DNA from: the human T2T-CHM13v2.0 reference genome, Homo sapiens
Assembly (NCBI RefSeq): GCF_009914755.1
Contig: NC_060942.1
DNA: 64,000 bases
Strand: one strand, 5' to 3'
Made by a program: the position numbers and the translations under genes. A model generated the notes under the pieces. It made no database searches. It had not been told where the DNA came from and saw only the letters and a program-made list of their open reading frames with translations. This document shows positions 29,931-44,739 of this stretch, piece by piece. Within the stretch, counting starts at the first letter, position 1. Each line of letters opens with the position of its first letter.

Positions 29931-31448
29931 TTTCTCTTCCTTGCCTTAGTGCTCTGCCTAGAATTTCTAGTACATTGATTAGTGGAGTGGCAGAAGCAGG
30001 CATTTGTCTTTTTCCTGATCTAAGTGGGAAAACTCTCAGTTTTTCATCAGTGGAGTAACATGTTAGCTGTGGGTTTTTCATAAGTGCCCTTTACCATGTT
30101 AAGGAACTTTCATGCTTTTCTTAGTTTGAGTGTTTTTGTCATGAAAGGGCTTTAGATTTTGTCAGAAGCTTTTCTGCCTCAATTGATATGGTCATGTTTT
30201 TGTGGTTTTTTTTCTGCTAATATGCTGTATTACATTGATTAATTTTCTTGTGTTGAATCATCCTTGTATTCCTGAGATAAATACCAATTGGTTATGTTAT
30301 AAAATCACTTAATATGCTTTTGGATTTGGTTTGCTGGCATTTTGTTGGGGATTTTTGAATCTGTATTCATAAAGGATATTGTCTGTAGTTTTCTTTTCTC
30401 ATAGTGTCTTTATCTGGCTTTGGCATCAGGTAATGCCGGCCTCATAACATGAATTAGAAAGTATTTCCTTCCCTTATGTTTTTTGGAAGTGTTCGAGATG
30501 GATTGCTGTTCATTCTAAGTGTTTGGTAGAATTAATCAGTGAAGCCATCTGGTCCCTGGATTGTCTTTGTTGGGAAGATTTTGATTACTGATTCAATCAT
30601 TTTACTTGGTATAGGTCCATTCAGATCTTCTGTTTGCTCTTGAGTCAGTTTTGGTAATTTTTTTTGTTTTTTAGGAATTTGTCCATTTTATCTAGGTTAT
30701 CTAATTTGTTGACATACAATTGTTCATAGTATTCTCTTATAATACTTTTTATTTCTGTAAAGTTAGTAATAATGTCTCCACTTTTATTTCTAATTTTATT
30801 TACATTATCTCTTATTTTCTTCATAAGCCTAGCTAAAAATTTGTCAATTTTGTTGATATTTTCAAAGTACCAAGTTTTGTTTTTATATATTGTATTTTTT
30901 TTAGTTCTCTGTCTTTATTCTAATATTTATTTTCTTCCTTTTGCTGGCTTTTTACTTAGTTTGCTTTTGGTTTCTAGTTCCTTAAGGTGTAAAGTTAAGT
31001 TACTGATTTGAGATCTCTTTTTTAATTTAAGGTAGGAATTTATAGCTATAAATTTTCCTCTGAGCACTGCTTTTGCTGCATCCCACAGTTTTGGTATGTT
31101 GTGTTTTTGTTTTCATTCATTTCAAGATACTTTCTAATTTTCTTTGTGATTTCTTCTTTGACTTATTGATTGTTTAAAAGTGTGTTAATTTCCACATATT
31201 TGTGCATTTTTTTGGTTTTTCTTTTGTTCTTGATTTAGAATTTTATTCTATTGTGGTGGAAAAGGTACTTTGTATGTTTTCAGTCTTTTAAAATATATTG
31301 AGACTTGTTTTATGACCTAACATGTGGTTTATCCTGGAGAATGTTCCATGTGCACTTGGGAATAATATGTATTTAGCTGTTACTTGGTTGAGTGTTCTGT
31401 GTATGTCTTTTAGGTTTAGCTGGTTATTGTGTTGTTCAAGTCCTTTCT

Positions 31449-31979
31449 TGTTACAGGCTGAAAGAATGAGGGTCATGATCAACTCAGTATACCACTGGAG
31501 GCTATGTGAGTAAACAGAAAACTGTTTCTTATAAAGGCAGAATGTTAGCAAACTGACAAACTGCGTCTGTCGCCCAGTAGTAATGCTGAGGGCAGTCACG
31601 ACCTAGGCACAAGTGTTTCTTGTGATTAGGCAAATCTGAAGCCTGTTAGCAATAACATGAACCTGTGTTCAATCAAGCAGCTGACCAATCATTACCTCCT
31701 CCTCCCTGCTGTTGCTACCCAATAAATACGAAGGGCTGTGGAAGCTCAGGGGCTACCTTTGCTCACTAGAAGCAGGGAGCTCTTTTCTTCCCCTGGACCC
31801 TTCTTTAAAACAGTTTCTTTTGTTTTTTGTTATCATTTCTATGTTCATCCCTATGTTCAGTCTAGTAATGACGGTCTCAAGCAGTAACAGTAGTAACTGC
31901 TGTAATGGCAGTCTCAAACAGTAACAGTAGTACCAGCTGTAATGACAGTCTCAAGTAGTAACTGTGGCAGTCTGCCACA
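31449..31979 (+). mobile_element. solo LTR, LTR3 family (HERV-K3/HML-6), 6-bp TSD CTTTCT
   Basis: TG...CA termini; TSD 31443-31448 and 31980-31985; LTR3 motifs aactcagtataccactggaggctat and aataaatacgaagggctgtggaagctcaggg. Confidence 0.8.
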
Positions 31980-32772
31980 CTTTCTTATTCTTCTTCTGTC
32001 TGGATGTTCTATATGTTATTGAAAGTGTGTTATTTAATTCTCTATTATTCTAGAACTGTTTATTTTATCTTCAGCTATGTTAATATTTTCATATATTTTG
32101 AGGTGCTGTTTGGTGTATATTTTTATAATTTTTGTATCTTCTTGAGGAATTGACTCTCTCTGCCTATTGTAGCATTCTTTGTTTTAAAGCCTATTTGTTT
32201 GATATTAATATAGCAAACTAAACTGTTTTTTGGTTAATATTTGCATGTTACTTGAATGGAATAAATTTTTCCACCTTTTAACTTTCAACCTTTGTGTCTT
32301 TTGATTTAAAGTGATTATCTTCTGGGGAATATAAACCTGTAGATTATGATTTTTAAAGATCCTGTAGTTAGATTATGACTTTTAAAGATTTACCTCCACC
32401 CTTTATTTGATGAGTATAACACATTTACATGTAAAGTAATTACTTAGAAGAAATGACTATTTTGCATATGTGTATGAAAAGACATTTCTTTATTTGTTCC
32501 TCAGTTACCCCAATAGTACTGTCATTTCTGTTTGATTTTTTTCTAATGTATCATTTTCATTCCCTCTTCATTTCTTTTTCTATATATTCTTAAAGTTATT
32601 TTCTTAGTGGTTACCCTGGGGTTTACAGTTAACATAGTAAATTTGTGACACTCTAATTTGAATTTTTACCAACTTAGCTTCAATGGCACATTAAAAACTC
32701 TGCCTCTACACAGCTGCATCTTCTATCCTATGTTGTTATTGTCATTAGTTACATTTTTATACACTGTGTGCT

Positions 32773-33081
<309 letters not shown>

Positions 33082-33094
33082 CACTGTGTGCTTT

Positions 33095-33477
33095 TTATGG
33101 GCTGAATTGTGTCCTCCCTAAATTCATATGTTGAAGTGTTAATCCTCAGTATCTCAGAAGGTGATTGTGTTTGGAGACAGGTCCTTAAAAGTGGTTATTA
33201 AGGTTAAGTGAGATCATATGGGTGAGCCTTAATCCAACATGACGGTTACCTATATAAGAAGAGTAGATTGGAACACAGACATGCATGCATACGGTGGAAA
33301 GACTATGTGAGGACACAGCAAGAAGGCAGGCATCTGGGAGAGACCTCAGAAGAAACTAATCCTGCTGACACCTTGATCTTGGACTTCTAGCCTCCAGAAA
33401 TAGGAGGAAATAAGTTTCAGTTGTTCAGGCTACTCAGTCTGTGGTACTTTGTTAAGGCAGCCCTAATGAATTAATAT
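33095..33477 (+). mobile_element. MLT1A/B MaLR LTR
   Basis: ttatgggctgaattgtgtcc...cctgctgacaccttgatcttggacttctagcctccagaa...gcagcccta. Confidence 0.85.
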
Positions 33478-36400
33478 GGTGCTCATTAACTTGGATTGAT
33501 AATTATTGTTTAAGTTGTCTTTTAAATCATATTCAAAGTAAAAGAAGTTCCATATCAAAAATACAATACTACTGACTCTTGTATTTACTTATCTAGTTAC
33601 CTTTACCAGTTTTCTTTATTTCTTTGGATGGCTGTGAGTTATTGTTTAATATTTGTTCATTTTAGCCTGAAGGACCCTTGTTAGCATTTGTTGTAGGACG
33701 GGTCTACTAGTGATGAACTCACTCAGCTTTTGTTCCATTGGGAATATCTTAATTTTCCCATTCTCCCCACCTTTTTTTAAATTTTGAGAGTTAACTTCAC
33801 ATAATGTTAAATCATCCATTTTAAGTACACAAGGCAGTGGCATTTAGTATATACACAGTGTTGTGCAACCACAATCTTTATCTAGTTTGAGAACATTTTC
33901 ATCCCTCCAAAAAAATCTTCACACTCATTTAATAAATAAACGGTATTTATTTCTCCTCTCTTCAGCCCCTGGTACCCCAGTTTACCGTTTCTGTTGATTA
34001 CCTATTCTTGATATTTTATATAAATGGAATTATATAGTGTGATCTTTTGTGTTTGGCTGCTTTCACAATGTTTTCAAGGTGAATCTATGTTGTAATGTGT
34101 AGCAATACTTCATTTCTTTTTATGCTAAATCAGATTCTATTGTAAAGTTTTACCACAATTTATTGAGTTATTCATCTGTTAATAGCCCTTTTTGTTTGTT
34201 TTCACTTTTTGACTATTGTGTATGGTGCCGTTATGAACATTTATGTACAAGGATTTGTTTTGAGTACGTTTGCAAATTCCTTTGGGTATACAACTAGGAA
34301 TGGGATTGCTGGATTGCATGGTAATTCTATGTTGAAGTTTGTGAAGAGCTGTGAAAATGTTTTCTGCAGCTGCAGAGTGTTTTAATATTTCTACCATCAA
34401 TGTACAAGGATTCTGGTCTCTTCACATGCTTGCCAACACTTGTTATTTTCCACTTATTATATTATAGCTATCTTAGATTTAAATGATATCTTATTGCAGT
34501 TTTGTTTTGTATTTGTTTAATGACTGTTTATGTTGAGGGTCTTTTCATGTGCTTGTTGTCCATTTGTGAATCTCTCTTGTAGAAATATCTGTTCAAGTCC
34601 TTTCTCCATTTTTTAATTGGATTGTTTGTTGTTGTTGAGTTATAATGTTTCTTTATATGTTTGGTTACTAGACTTTTATCAGATTATATGACTTACAGAT
34701 ATTTTCTGCCAATTCTTTTGGGTTTTCTTTTCAGTTTCTTGGTGGTGTCCTTTGAAATACAAAAGTTTTGAATTTTGATTAAGTCTAAATTCTTTATTTT
34801 TTATTTTGTTGCTTGTGTTTCTAGTGTCAGATATAAGAATCTGTTGCAAAATCCAAGGTCATGAAGATTTACATCCCTGTGTTTTCTTCTGTTTTAACTA
34901 TTATATTTAAGTATTTATTTAACTATTATATTTTAACTATTATATTGAAGTAGTTAATTCATTTTGAGTTAATTTTTATATATAATGTGATAGAGGCATC
35001 CACTATCTTTCTTTTGCATGAAGATATCCAGTTGTCCCAGCTCTCCTTTCATTTTTGAAGGATAGTTTTGCCAGATATTGGATTGTTAGTTAACAGGATT
35101 TTTTTTTTCTTTCAGGATTTAAAATATGTCATTCTGCCACTTCCAGCCTTCATGGTTTCTCATTAGGAATTGACTATCTTATTGAAGATTCCTTGTGTAT
35201 GACGAATCATTTCCCTCTTGTTGTTTTTAAGATTTTCTCTTGTCTGATTTTAGACAGTTTTATTATAATATGCTTTGGTGTGGATTTCTTTTTTTATCCT
35301 CCTTGGAGTTTGTTGACATTTTTGGATGTATAGTCATGTCTTTTATCTAATTTGGGAAGTTTTTTGGACATTATTTCTTCAGGTATGCCTTTTTGCCTTT
35401 CTTTCTCTCTTCTTCCTTTGTGACTTCCATTATATGCATGTTGATACCCTCGATGTCATTCCACAGGTCCATTAAACTCTCTTCACTTTTTCTTTCTGCT
35501 CCTTAGATTGAATAATTTCAATTGTCCCACCTTCAAGTTTGCTGATTGTTTCTTGTGCCTTCTCACATCTGCTGCTGAACTCTTCTGGTCATTTTTAAAT
35601 TTTGAGTATTATACTTCTCAGGTCCTGAATTTCTAGTTGGTTCCTTTTTACAATTTTGTTCTCTTTATTGATATTCTCTATTTGTTCAGGTGTTGTTTTC
35701 CTGGTTTTCCTTAGTTTCTTGACCATAGTTCTTTTAGTTCTTTGAGTGTATTCAGGACAGTTGATTTCAAGTCTTTGCCTGATAAATCCAATATGTAAGC
35801 TATCTCAATGTAGCTTTCTATTAACTTCTTGTTCTCCTATTAATGGGTCAAAAATTCTTATTTCTTTCTATGCCTTATAGTTTTTATTGACAACTAACAT
35901 CTTGAATGTTATAATATGGTAATTGTGGAAATCTAGATTTCCTTCAGCTTCCCAGAGTTTGCTGTTGTTGCTTGTTGAGGTCTGCTGTTGCCTGTTTGCT
36001 TAGTGACTTTTCCAGGCTATTTTTACAAAGACTTCCTTGTCATGTAGTCTCTGAAGTCTTTGTTTTGTTATTTCAATGTCAGCCAGTGACTTGACCTTGA
36101 ACCACTGAAGCCAAAAAGAGAAAAACATACTCTCTCAGTCATTTTAGATTGGCTCTAATCTGATGTATTCCTTCAACGTTCAGCCAGTTAGTCTACAACT
36201 CCACCTTAGCCTCCTTGCACTGCTAAGGCAAGGAGGCTTGCACTGAGCCTAAAGATCAGCCAGAGGTATGTACCTTTTATAAGGTCTTTTCTGAGCATGG
36301 CTATGGCTATCAGCATATGCATTACACTCTGGATTCCCTGGTGTATGTGGAAGCCACTCGAAGCCCTTATTTTACCAAATAGGTTCTTTTTTATTCTTCT

Positions 36401-38604
36401 CTTTCCTAAACTTTTTAGTCCATCTACTTGTCCCACCTGCTGTCTCTTTTGCCAGGTATCTGTGAGTAGTATATGTCATCTTTAAGTGATTTTGACAGAC
36501 AATGCTTGGAAATCTGCTCTAGCCTGAAGGAGCTGACACAAAAGCAAGCCTCTCTGCCAGTCTATCAGGTCAAAATAAATAACCACAAATATTTGATAAC
36601 AAGGTCCATATTGTCCCATTAGTACCAGCAAGCCTCACCAAGATTGAGCCATCATCCTGGCGGCCGCCATTGATCTGGGGAATGGGGGATGAATGGTAAG
36701 TGGACAAGCGAAAGCACCATACCATCCTTTTACCAAAATTTCCCAGCCTCTTTCCTCATTAAGAACTCCCCTGGTTACTATGAGTTTTGATTAGCTTTCA
36801 GAGTTCTGAAAAAGTTGATTTTGTTCGTTTTTGCCAGCTTAACAGTCACTTCAGTGAAGAGAAATTTTTGGAGCCCCCTACTCTGCTATGTTTTGTAATG
36901 ATACCCCTCCATGGTGGTGTTTTTAAATACTTGGGGATTTTCCAGAAAACTTTTTAAAAAATTGGTTTCTAATTTAATTATTTTATGGTCAGAGACCATA
37001 TGATTTTGGCCTTTCTATATTTATTGAAACTTGTTTTATGGTGCTAGGCTATGACTTAATTTTGAAAAATGTTTCATGTGCTTTTGAAAATAATGTTTAT
37101 TCTATCATTGTTTATAGTGGTCTATGGTTGCCAATTAAGTCAAGTTGATTGATAGTTTTATTCAAGTTTTCAATATTTATACTGATTTTCTTTCTCTTTA
37201 TATATGGTATACATATTACCAAAAAAGGAATGCCATTATCTCCAGCTATACTTGTAGATTTGTCTGTTTCTCCTTTCATTTCTGTCATTTTTGCTTCACT
37301 TACATTGAACTTGTGATAATAGATTAATACACTTTTACAGTTATTATATTTTCTTGATAGACTATTTTATCATCACATGCCCCCTTCATCCCTGCTAATA
37401 TTAGTTGTCCTGTAGTCTGCTTTTTCTGATGTTAATATATCCATGGCAGCTTTCTTTAAAATTAGCATTTGCATGGTATACTTTATTTTTTTCTTTAAGC
37501 ATTTTATCTTGAAATAATTTTAGACTTACAGATGAGTAACAGATAGTTCAGAGAGTTCCCATTTAGCTTTCATTCAGCTTTCCCTAGCATCTACAGCTTA
37601 TATAACTATAATATATTTATTAAAACTAAGAAATTAACACTGGTATAGTACTGTTAATTAGCCTATCAACTTTGTTTTGGTTTTCCTGGTTTTTAACCCT
37701 TAACCTACTCCCATTCCAGGATCCAATTCAGTATGCCACATTGCATTTAGTTGTCATATCTTCTTAATCTTCCCCAATATATATAGCTTTCCTTGTTTTT
37801 CATGACCTTGACACTTTTGAAAAATACTGGTCAGTTTTTTTGTAGACTGCTCCTTAATTTGGGATTTGATATCTTCTAGGACTAGACTGGGTTTTTGGGA
37901 CGAATTCCACAGAGGTGAAGTGCCCTTTCCATCACACATGATGCATCATCAGCATATGATACCAGCATGACCTACTATGGTTGATTAATGCATGTTTGCT
38001 CTTAATACTTTTATGGTTGCCTTTTCTTACACTTAAATCTCTGATCCATTTGTAACTTTTCCTAGTGAATAGATTTAATTTTTTATATGACTTTCCAAAA
38101 ATTCCAGTACCACTTATTAAGTTTTTCATTTTTTCCCCTTGGATTGAGATGCAGTCTTTTTTTATACATACAACTTCATGGGCAATTAAATTTTCTATGT
38201 TTTTATGATATGTTGCATAAGCAATTGAATCTTTTGTGTGTTTATAATTCTATCCATTTGCATGCCAATATTAAACTATTTTAATTATATCTTAATATCT
38301 GTGTGTATCTTTATACTCCTTCTCCCCACCTTCATTGTTCATTTTAACAAGTGCAGTTTCCTCTCTATTCTTGTTTCATTATGTCTCCTTTATTTTTTAA
38401 TTTTCTTTCATCACCTGAAGAGTTTTGATGGCCTTGTTTTGTTTTCTTATTTTATTAAATTTATGTTTGTTGGGTTCTTTTTTCTGTTCTCAATTTTATT
38501 ATTGGATTTTTTTCAGTTTTCATATATATTGGCATAAAGTTGTTCAGAGTTGATTATTTTTTAATGTCTATATCTAAATGATGTGCCTTAAAAAAAATGA
38601 TCAG

Positions 38605-38882
38605 TTCCCTCCCTCACTCCCTGCCTTCCTGCCTTCCTGCCTTCTTTTCTTCCCTCCCTCCCTCCCTCCCTTTTTCCTTCCCTACCTCCCTGTCTCCCTC
38701 TCTCCCTCTCTCTCATTCTCTCACTCTCACTCTCTCTTTCTCTGTTTCTCTCTTTCTTTCTTTTTGGGGACAGTGCCTCGCTGTGTTGCCCAGACTAGTC
38801 TTGAACCCCTGGGCTCAAGCTCTCCTCCTGCCTCAGCCTCCCACAGTGTTGGGATTATAGGTGCGAGCCACTGCACTCTGCC
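38605..38882 (-). repeat. polypyrimidine (CCTT/CT) tract followed by FLAM monomer
   Basis: ~160-nt C/T low-complexity tract 38605-38765 abutting an antisense Alu arm. Confidence 0.8.
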
Positions 38883-40810
38883 TTCTTGTATTTTTTGCTT
38901 TGAAAAATTCTGCTTTTTATTATTTTTGTCTTTTTTTTTTAATGTGAGTTGAATTTATTCTATCTTTACTGTCCATTTTTTTTTTTACAGGAGTTGAATT
39001 TATTCTTCTATACCTAACTTTTTATAATAGATATGTAACTCATTGATTTTCATTTCCTTTTTTCTTTTTTAATGTATACTTATAAAACTATTTCTCTCTA
39101 AATGTTTTCTTATTCCACATATTTTGATATGTAATATTTTACTGTCATCCATTTAAAAATTTTCTTTAATTTTTGACATGTTTTATTTAAATGCTTAATT
39201 CTTAATTTGTAAACAAATTGGGGATCTTCTGTGTATATTTGATAGCTATCTGAATTGAATTGTGAAAAGAATGTATTTTGTGTGATTTTACTAGTTTGAA
39301 AAAATCTTGGAACTTGCTTTACTAGCATACCATGTGGTCGTATTTTGAATATGTTCATATATGTTTAAAAGAATACATGTTTTTGCTTGTTGAGGGCGTT
39401 GTTCTTTTTATATTCATTAAGTCATCTTGATTATATTCAAATCTTCTATTTACTTAGTGATTTTTTTAACTCATGAATTTCTGAGAAGTTTTAAAGTTTC
39501 CCACTGTGATTTGAGACTTCTCTTAGATTTATCAATTTTGCCTTGTGTGTTTGACTCTATATTTATTAGTTTTATACAATTATAGCTGCATTTTTTTTCA
39601 TTGTTGTTAAATGAACCTCTGGTTACCCTGGAGAATTGTAGTATGCATTCTTGACTAATCACAGTCGTTGAATATTAATTGGCACTTTTAGCTTTTCTAA
39701 ACAGTGCAAGAACGTTAGAACACATGAGCCACATTTTCCTTTCTTGGTATAAATTATGTTACATGTTACAGTTCTGTGTGTTTACATGTATATTTAAATT
39801 TTAACTCAGCATAATGTCACTGCTCTTTGTAATATTTTAAAATAATTTTAAGCTTACAGAAAAATTGTAAAAATATCACAGGGTGAGAGAATAGAAAATG
39901 AACTGCTAAGCGTTTTGGCAGAATGAAAATGTTTAAAATTAGATTATGGTGATGGTTACAGAACTCTGTAAAATATACTAAAAGCCATTTAATTGGATAT
40001 TCTAAATGGGTGAACTTTATGATATGGAAAAAAATCTCAATAAGCTATTTTTTAAAAAATAGTACAGAGGGTTCTCTTCCCTTCCCCTAGCTTTGTCTAA
40101 TGTTAACATCCTGAATAATCATGGTGAAATTATAAAAAATTAACCTTGGTACAGTACTATTAATTGCTACAGGGTTTATTCAGATTTGACTAGTGTTTTT
40201 TTGTAAACAAATATGTTCTTTTCTGTTCTAGTATCCTGTTTTACATTCAGTTTTCATGTTTCTTTAGTCTCCTCCTGTTTGTGGCAATTCCTTAGTTTTA
40301 TCTTGCCTTCCAAGTCTTGACACTTTCGAAGAGTACTAGTCAGATATTTTGTAGTATTTCCTTTCATTTGTTTTTTTTCTCAAGATTATATTGTTTTCTG
40401 ATACGTTATATCGGGTGTACATGAGGTTGATGTGTTGATATGTCTTATCACTGGTGGTTTAACTTTTGTCAGTTGGCCAGTGTATAGTGTGCTAGGTTTC
40501 TCCCCTGAAAAGTTATTATTTTTCTCTGTGTAATTAATTAATATCCTGGGGGAGATCCATTGAGACTATTCAAATATACTGTTTGTTCTGAAACTTTTAC
40601 CCACCATTATAAGCATCCATCCAAGAAACTTGCCTGCAACTATTACAGTGATGTTCTAATGGTTACTTTATATTTCCTTTATTTGTTTTGCATTTATTAA
40701 TTGGAATTCATATTTAAGGATGAGCTCTCCCTTTTGCCCTATTTATTTATTACAGTATTTATTTTGTTATTTATTTTTATCAGTATCAGACTCATGGATA
40801 TTTATTTTCT

Positions 40811-41105
40811 TCTTTTTTTCTGTTTAGACAGGATCTCGCTCTGTTGCCCAGGCTGAAGTAGTGATGTGATTATGGCTTAATGCAGCCTCAACCTCCTGGC
40901 CTCAAGCATTCCTCCCATCTTAGCTTCCCAAGTAGCTGAGACTACAGGCATGCACCATCACACTCAACTAATTTTTTTTTCTTTTATAGATATAAAAAAA
41001 TCATCATGTTGCCCAGGCTGGTCTTGAACTCCTGGGCTCACACCATCTACCAGCCTTGGCCCCCAAAAAGTGCTGGGATTGCAGGCGTGAGTCACTGTGT
41101 CCAGT
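40811..41105 (-). mobile_element. AluJ
   Basis: Diverged antisense dimeric Alu. Confidence 0.88.
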
Positions 41106-43419
41106 CCCATTTATTTTATTCTAATCCAGGACTCACCAAAACAAAAATGAAATAAGATGTTACTTTAAAAAAAGAAACAACTTTTTGTTTTGAGATAATT
41201 GTAGATTCACCTGCAGTTGTTAGAAATAATACAGAGAAAGCCCATGTACCTTTTACCCAGTTTTTACCAATGGTAATATTTTGATTACAGTACAATATCA
41301 CAGGAAATTGACATTGATAGAATCCATCAATTGTGTACAGATTTCGCCAATTTTACATGTATTTATTTGTGTATGTCTTTAATTCAGTGCAATTTTTTCA
41401 TGTGTAGATTTGTGTACCATTGCCATAGTCAAGATATGAAACAGTTTCTTTTCTACTCATGCTATCTTTTTATAGACACAAATACTTTCTTTCCTATCTG
41501 CCTTCTCTAATTTCTTGGAACCACTAATCAGCTGTCTCTATGATTTTGTCATTTCAAGAAAGCTATGTAAGTGGAATCATACAGTATGTAACATTTTGTG
41601 ACTGACTTCTTTTTTTTTAAACTCAGCATAATTCTCTTTAGGTCCATTCATGTTGTTGCATGTATCAATAATTTGTTCCTTTTTACTGCTGACTGGTATT
41701 CCATGATAGAGATGTACTGCAGTTTGTTTAATCATTCGCCTGTTGAAGGACATTTGTGTTGTCTCCAGTGTTATAAATGAAGCTGCTATGAACATCCATA
41801 TGTAGGTTTTTGTGTGAACATCACATTTTAATTTCTTTGGGATACTGTAACTAATGTTTAGTTTCATAAGAAGCTACTAAACTATTTTCCAGAATTTTTG
41901 CACCATTTTACATTCCCAACAGCAATGTAAGAGGTCTTCTTGCATTCTTGCTAACATTTGTTATAATTAATTTCTATTCTAGTCATTCTGGTAGGTGCTT
42001 AGGGATATCCCATCTCTATTTTAATTTGCATTTCTCTAATGGGCAGTGATGTTGGACATTGTTTCATGTGCTTATTATTTCCATCTGTATCTTCTTCAGT
42101 GAAATGTCTATTCATTCCTTTAGCCCCATTTCTTATTGCAATTTTTTTGTTGTTGTAACTTGAATTTTGAGAGTTCTTTATATGTTCTAGATAAAAATCC
42201 TTTATTGGATATGTACTTTGCAAATACTTTTATCTAGTTTGTAGCTTGCCTTTCATCCCCCTTCACTGAATTTTTCCTAGAATAAAAGTTTTGAATTTAA
42301 CTAGGTCCAGTTTTTCAGTGTTTTTTCCCTTTTTAAGCCCATGATCCATTTTGAGTTAACTTTTGAATAACATGTGAGGTTGAGGTTCTTTTTTTTTTTC
42401 CCCAATTGATGTACAGTTATTCTAGCACCATTTGTTGAAATCTTTTTTGCACTTTTGTCAGAAATTGGCATATTCATATGGGTCTTTGTCTAGGTTCTTT
42501 TTTCTGTTCCACTGGCCTATGTGTCTATTTCTCTGTCAACTGCCTTGATTACTGTAGCACTATAGTAAGCCTTAATACTAAGTAGAATGACTTTTCCTAC
42601 TCTATTCTTTTTCAAAATTATTTTAGCTCTTCTAGTCCTGTGCCTTTCCACAATAATTTTGGAATAAGCTTGTTAATGTCTACATAAAATTCTGCTGTTA
42701 TATTAATAGGTGTTACATTAAACTATAGATCAAATTTGGGAAGAATCGCTGCCTTTGCTGGGTTGGGTCTTCTCATCTATGAACATGGTATGTTGCTCCA
42801 ATTATTTAGGTCTTTGATTTCTTACAATAGCTTTTTGTAATTTTCAGGATAAAGATACTATACATATTTTCTTATATCTAAGTATTTAATTTTCTTTGGT
42901 GCAATTGTAAAAGGTATTATATTTTTTGATTCTGCTGTTCACATTTTTGTTGATAGTGTATAGAAATATGATTGAATTTTGTCTGTTGATATTGACTCCT
43001 GCAACCTTGCTGAACTCACTTATTAATTCTAGGAGTTTTGCTGTTTATTCTTTGGGATTCTTTTATGTAGACTATCATGTCATTTGCAAATAGGGACAGT
43101 TTTATGACTTCCTTTCCAATAGGTATCTCTTTTATTTCTATTTCTAAACTTCTGGTCCTAACTAGAATTTCCAGTGCTATGTGAGTAAGAATAATGAGAG
43201 AGGACATCCTTGCTATGTTCTTGATTTTAGGTGGAAGGCATTCAGCCTATCACCATTATTCCTAGTTTTATAAGATTTTTATTATGATTGCATGCTGAAT
43301 TTTGTTAAATGCTTTTTCTCTGTCGATTGATATGATTACATGAGTTTTCTTTAGCCTATTGATATGGTAGATTACATTGATTGATTTTTGAAAGTTGAAT
43401 CAGCCTTGCGTACCTGTAG

Positions 43420-43650
<231 letters not shown>

Positions 43651-44739
43651 AGTTATAATTGTTTTTATGTGTTGTAGGATTTGATTTTCTATTAGTTTGT
43701 TTGTAATTTTTATATCAAAGTGGTCAGTAGTTTTTTTTTTTTTGTACTGTCTTGGTCTGTTTTTGGTATTATACTAGCCTCAAAATGAGTTAGGAAGTCT
43801 TCTTCTATTTTCTGGAATAAACTGTGGAAAGATGTTGCTAATTCTTATTTAAATATTCACTGAAACCATCCAGGCTTAGAGAGTTAATATAACTTTTTAG
43901 TTAAAAATTCAGTTTCTTTAATGGCTTTCAGATTATTCAAGTTGTCTATTTCATCTTGGTTGAGCTTTGGGAGCTTGTGGTTTTCAATAATTGTTTCTTT
44001 TTTTAAAGCTAATTTTTAAGTTAATGACTTCAGGATCTGTGCTTTCATTTCTGACAGTGATTTGTTTATTTTTTTACCTCTGTTTTGCTAGGTTTAGTTT
44101 ATTGACTTTTTTTTTTCAAAGAACTAGCTTTTTATTTTGTTGATTTTTCTCTATTTTTTGTTCTCTATTTCATTGATTTTTTTTCACTCTTATCTCTATT
44201 ATTTCCTTCCTTCTCATTGCTTTGGACTTATTTTCCTCTTCTTTTTTTTATGTCTTATAGTAGGAACTTAGAGATCATTCTTTTTCAATGTAAGCATTTA
44301 ATGCTATATACCTTCTTCTCAGCACTACTTTTACTGTACCCTACCTATTTTAATTCGTTCTGTTTTCATTTTTATTTCATTCTTCTTTGATTTTATTTTC
44401 ATTCAATTCTATGTATTTTTTTATTTCCCTTGAGACTTCTTTGATCCACAATTTTTTAAGAACCATGCCATATAATTTCCAATCATACGGAGATTTTTCT
44501 CGTCTTTCTATTACTGATTTCTAGCTTAGTTCTATTATGAATAGAGAATAACTTTTAAAATGATTTTGAGCCTTGTTTTATGATGTAGTATATAGTTGAT
44601 CTTGGTTAATGTTCATAAGTGCTTGAAGAAAACATTTATAATTGTAACTCTCTTGGATGACTTCGAGAGATCTGCTTCCTGTTAGCTTTAATATATTCCC
44701 CCCTCGTTTTTTTGTTTAGTAATCCTGTATGTAACTAAT

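Noticed and set aside
31865-31965. 37-bp repeats resembling a CRISPR array
   Set aside because: Head-to-tail with no spacers, inside a retroviral LTR in a mammalian genome
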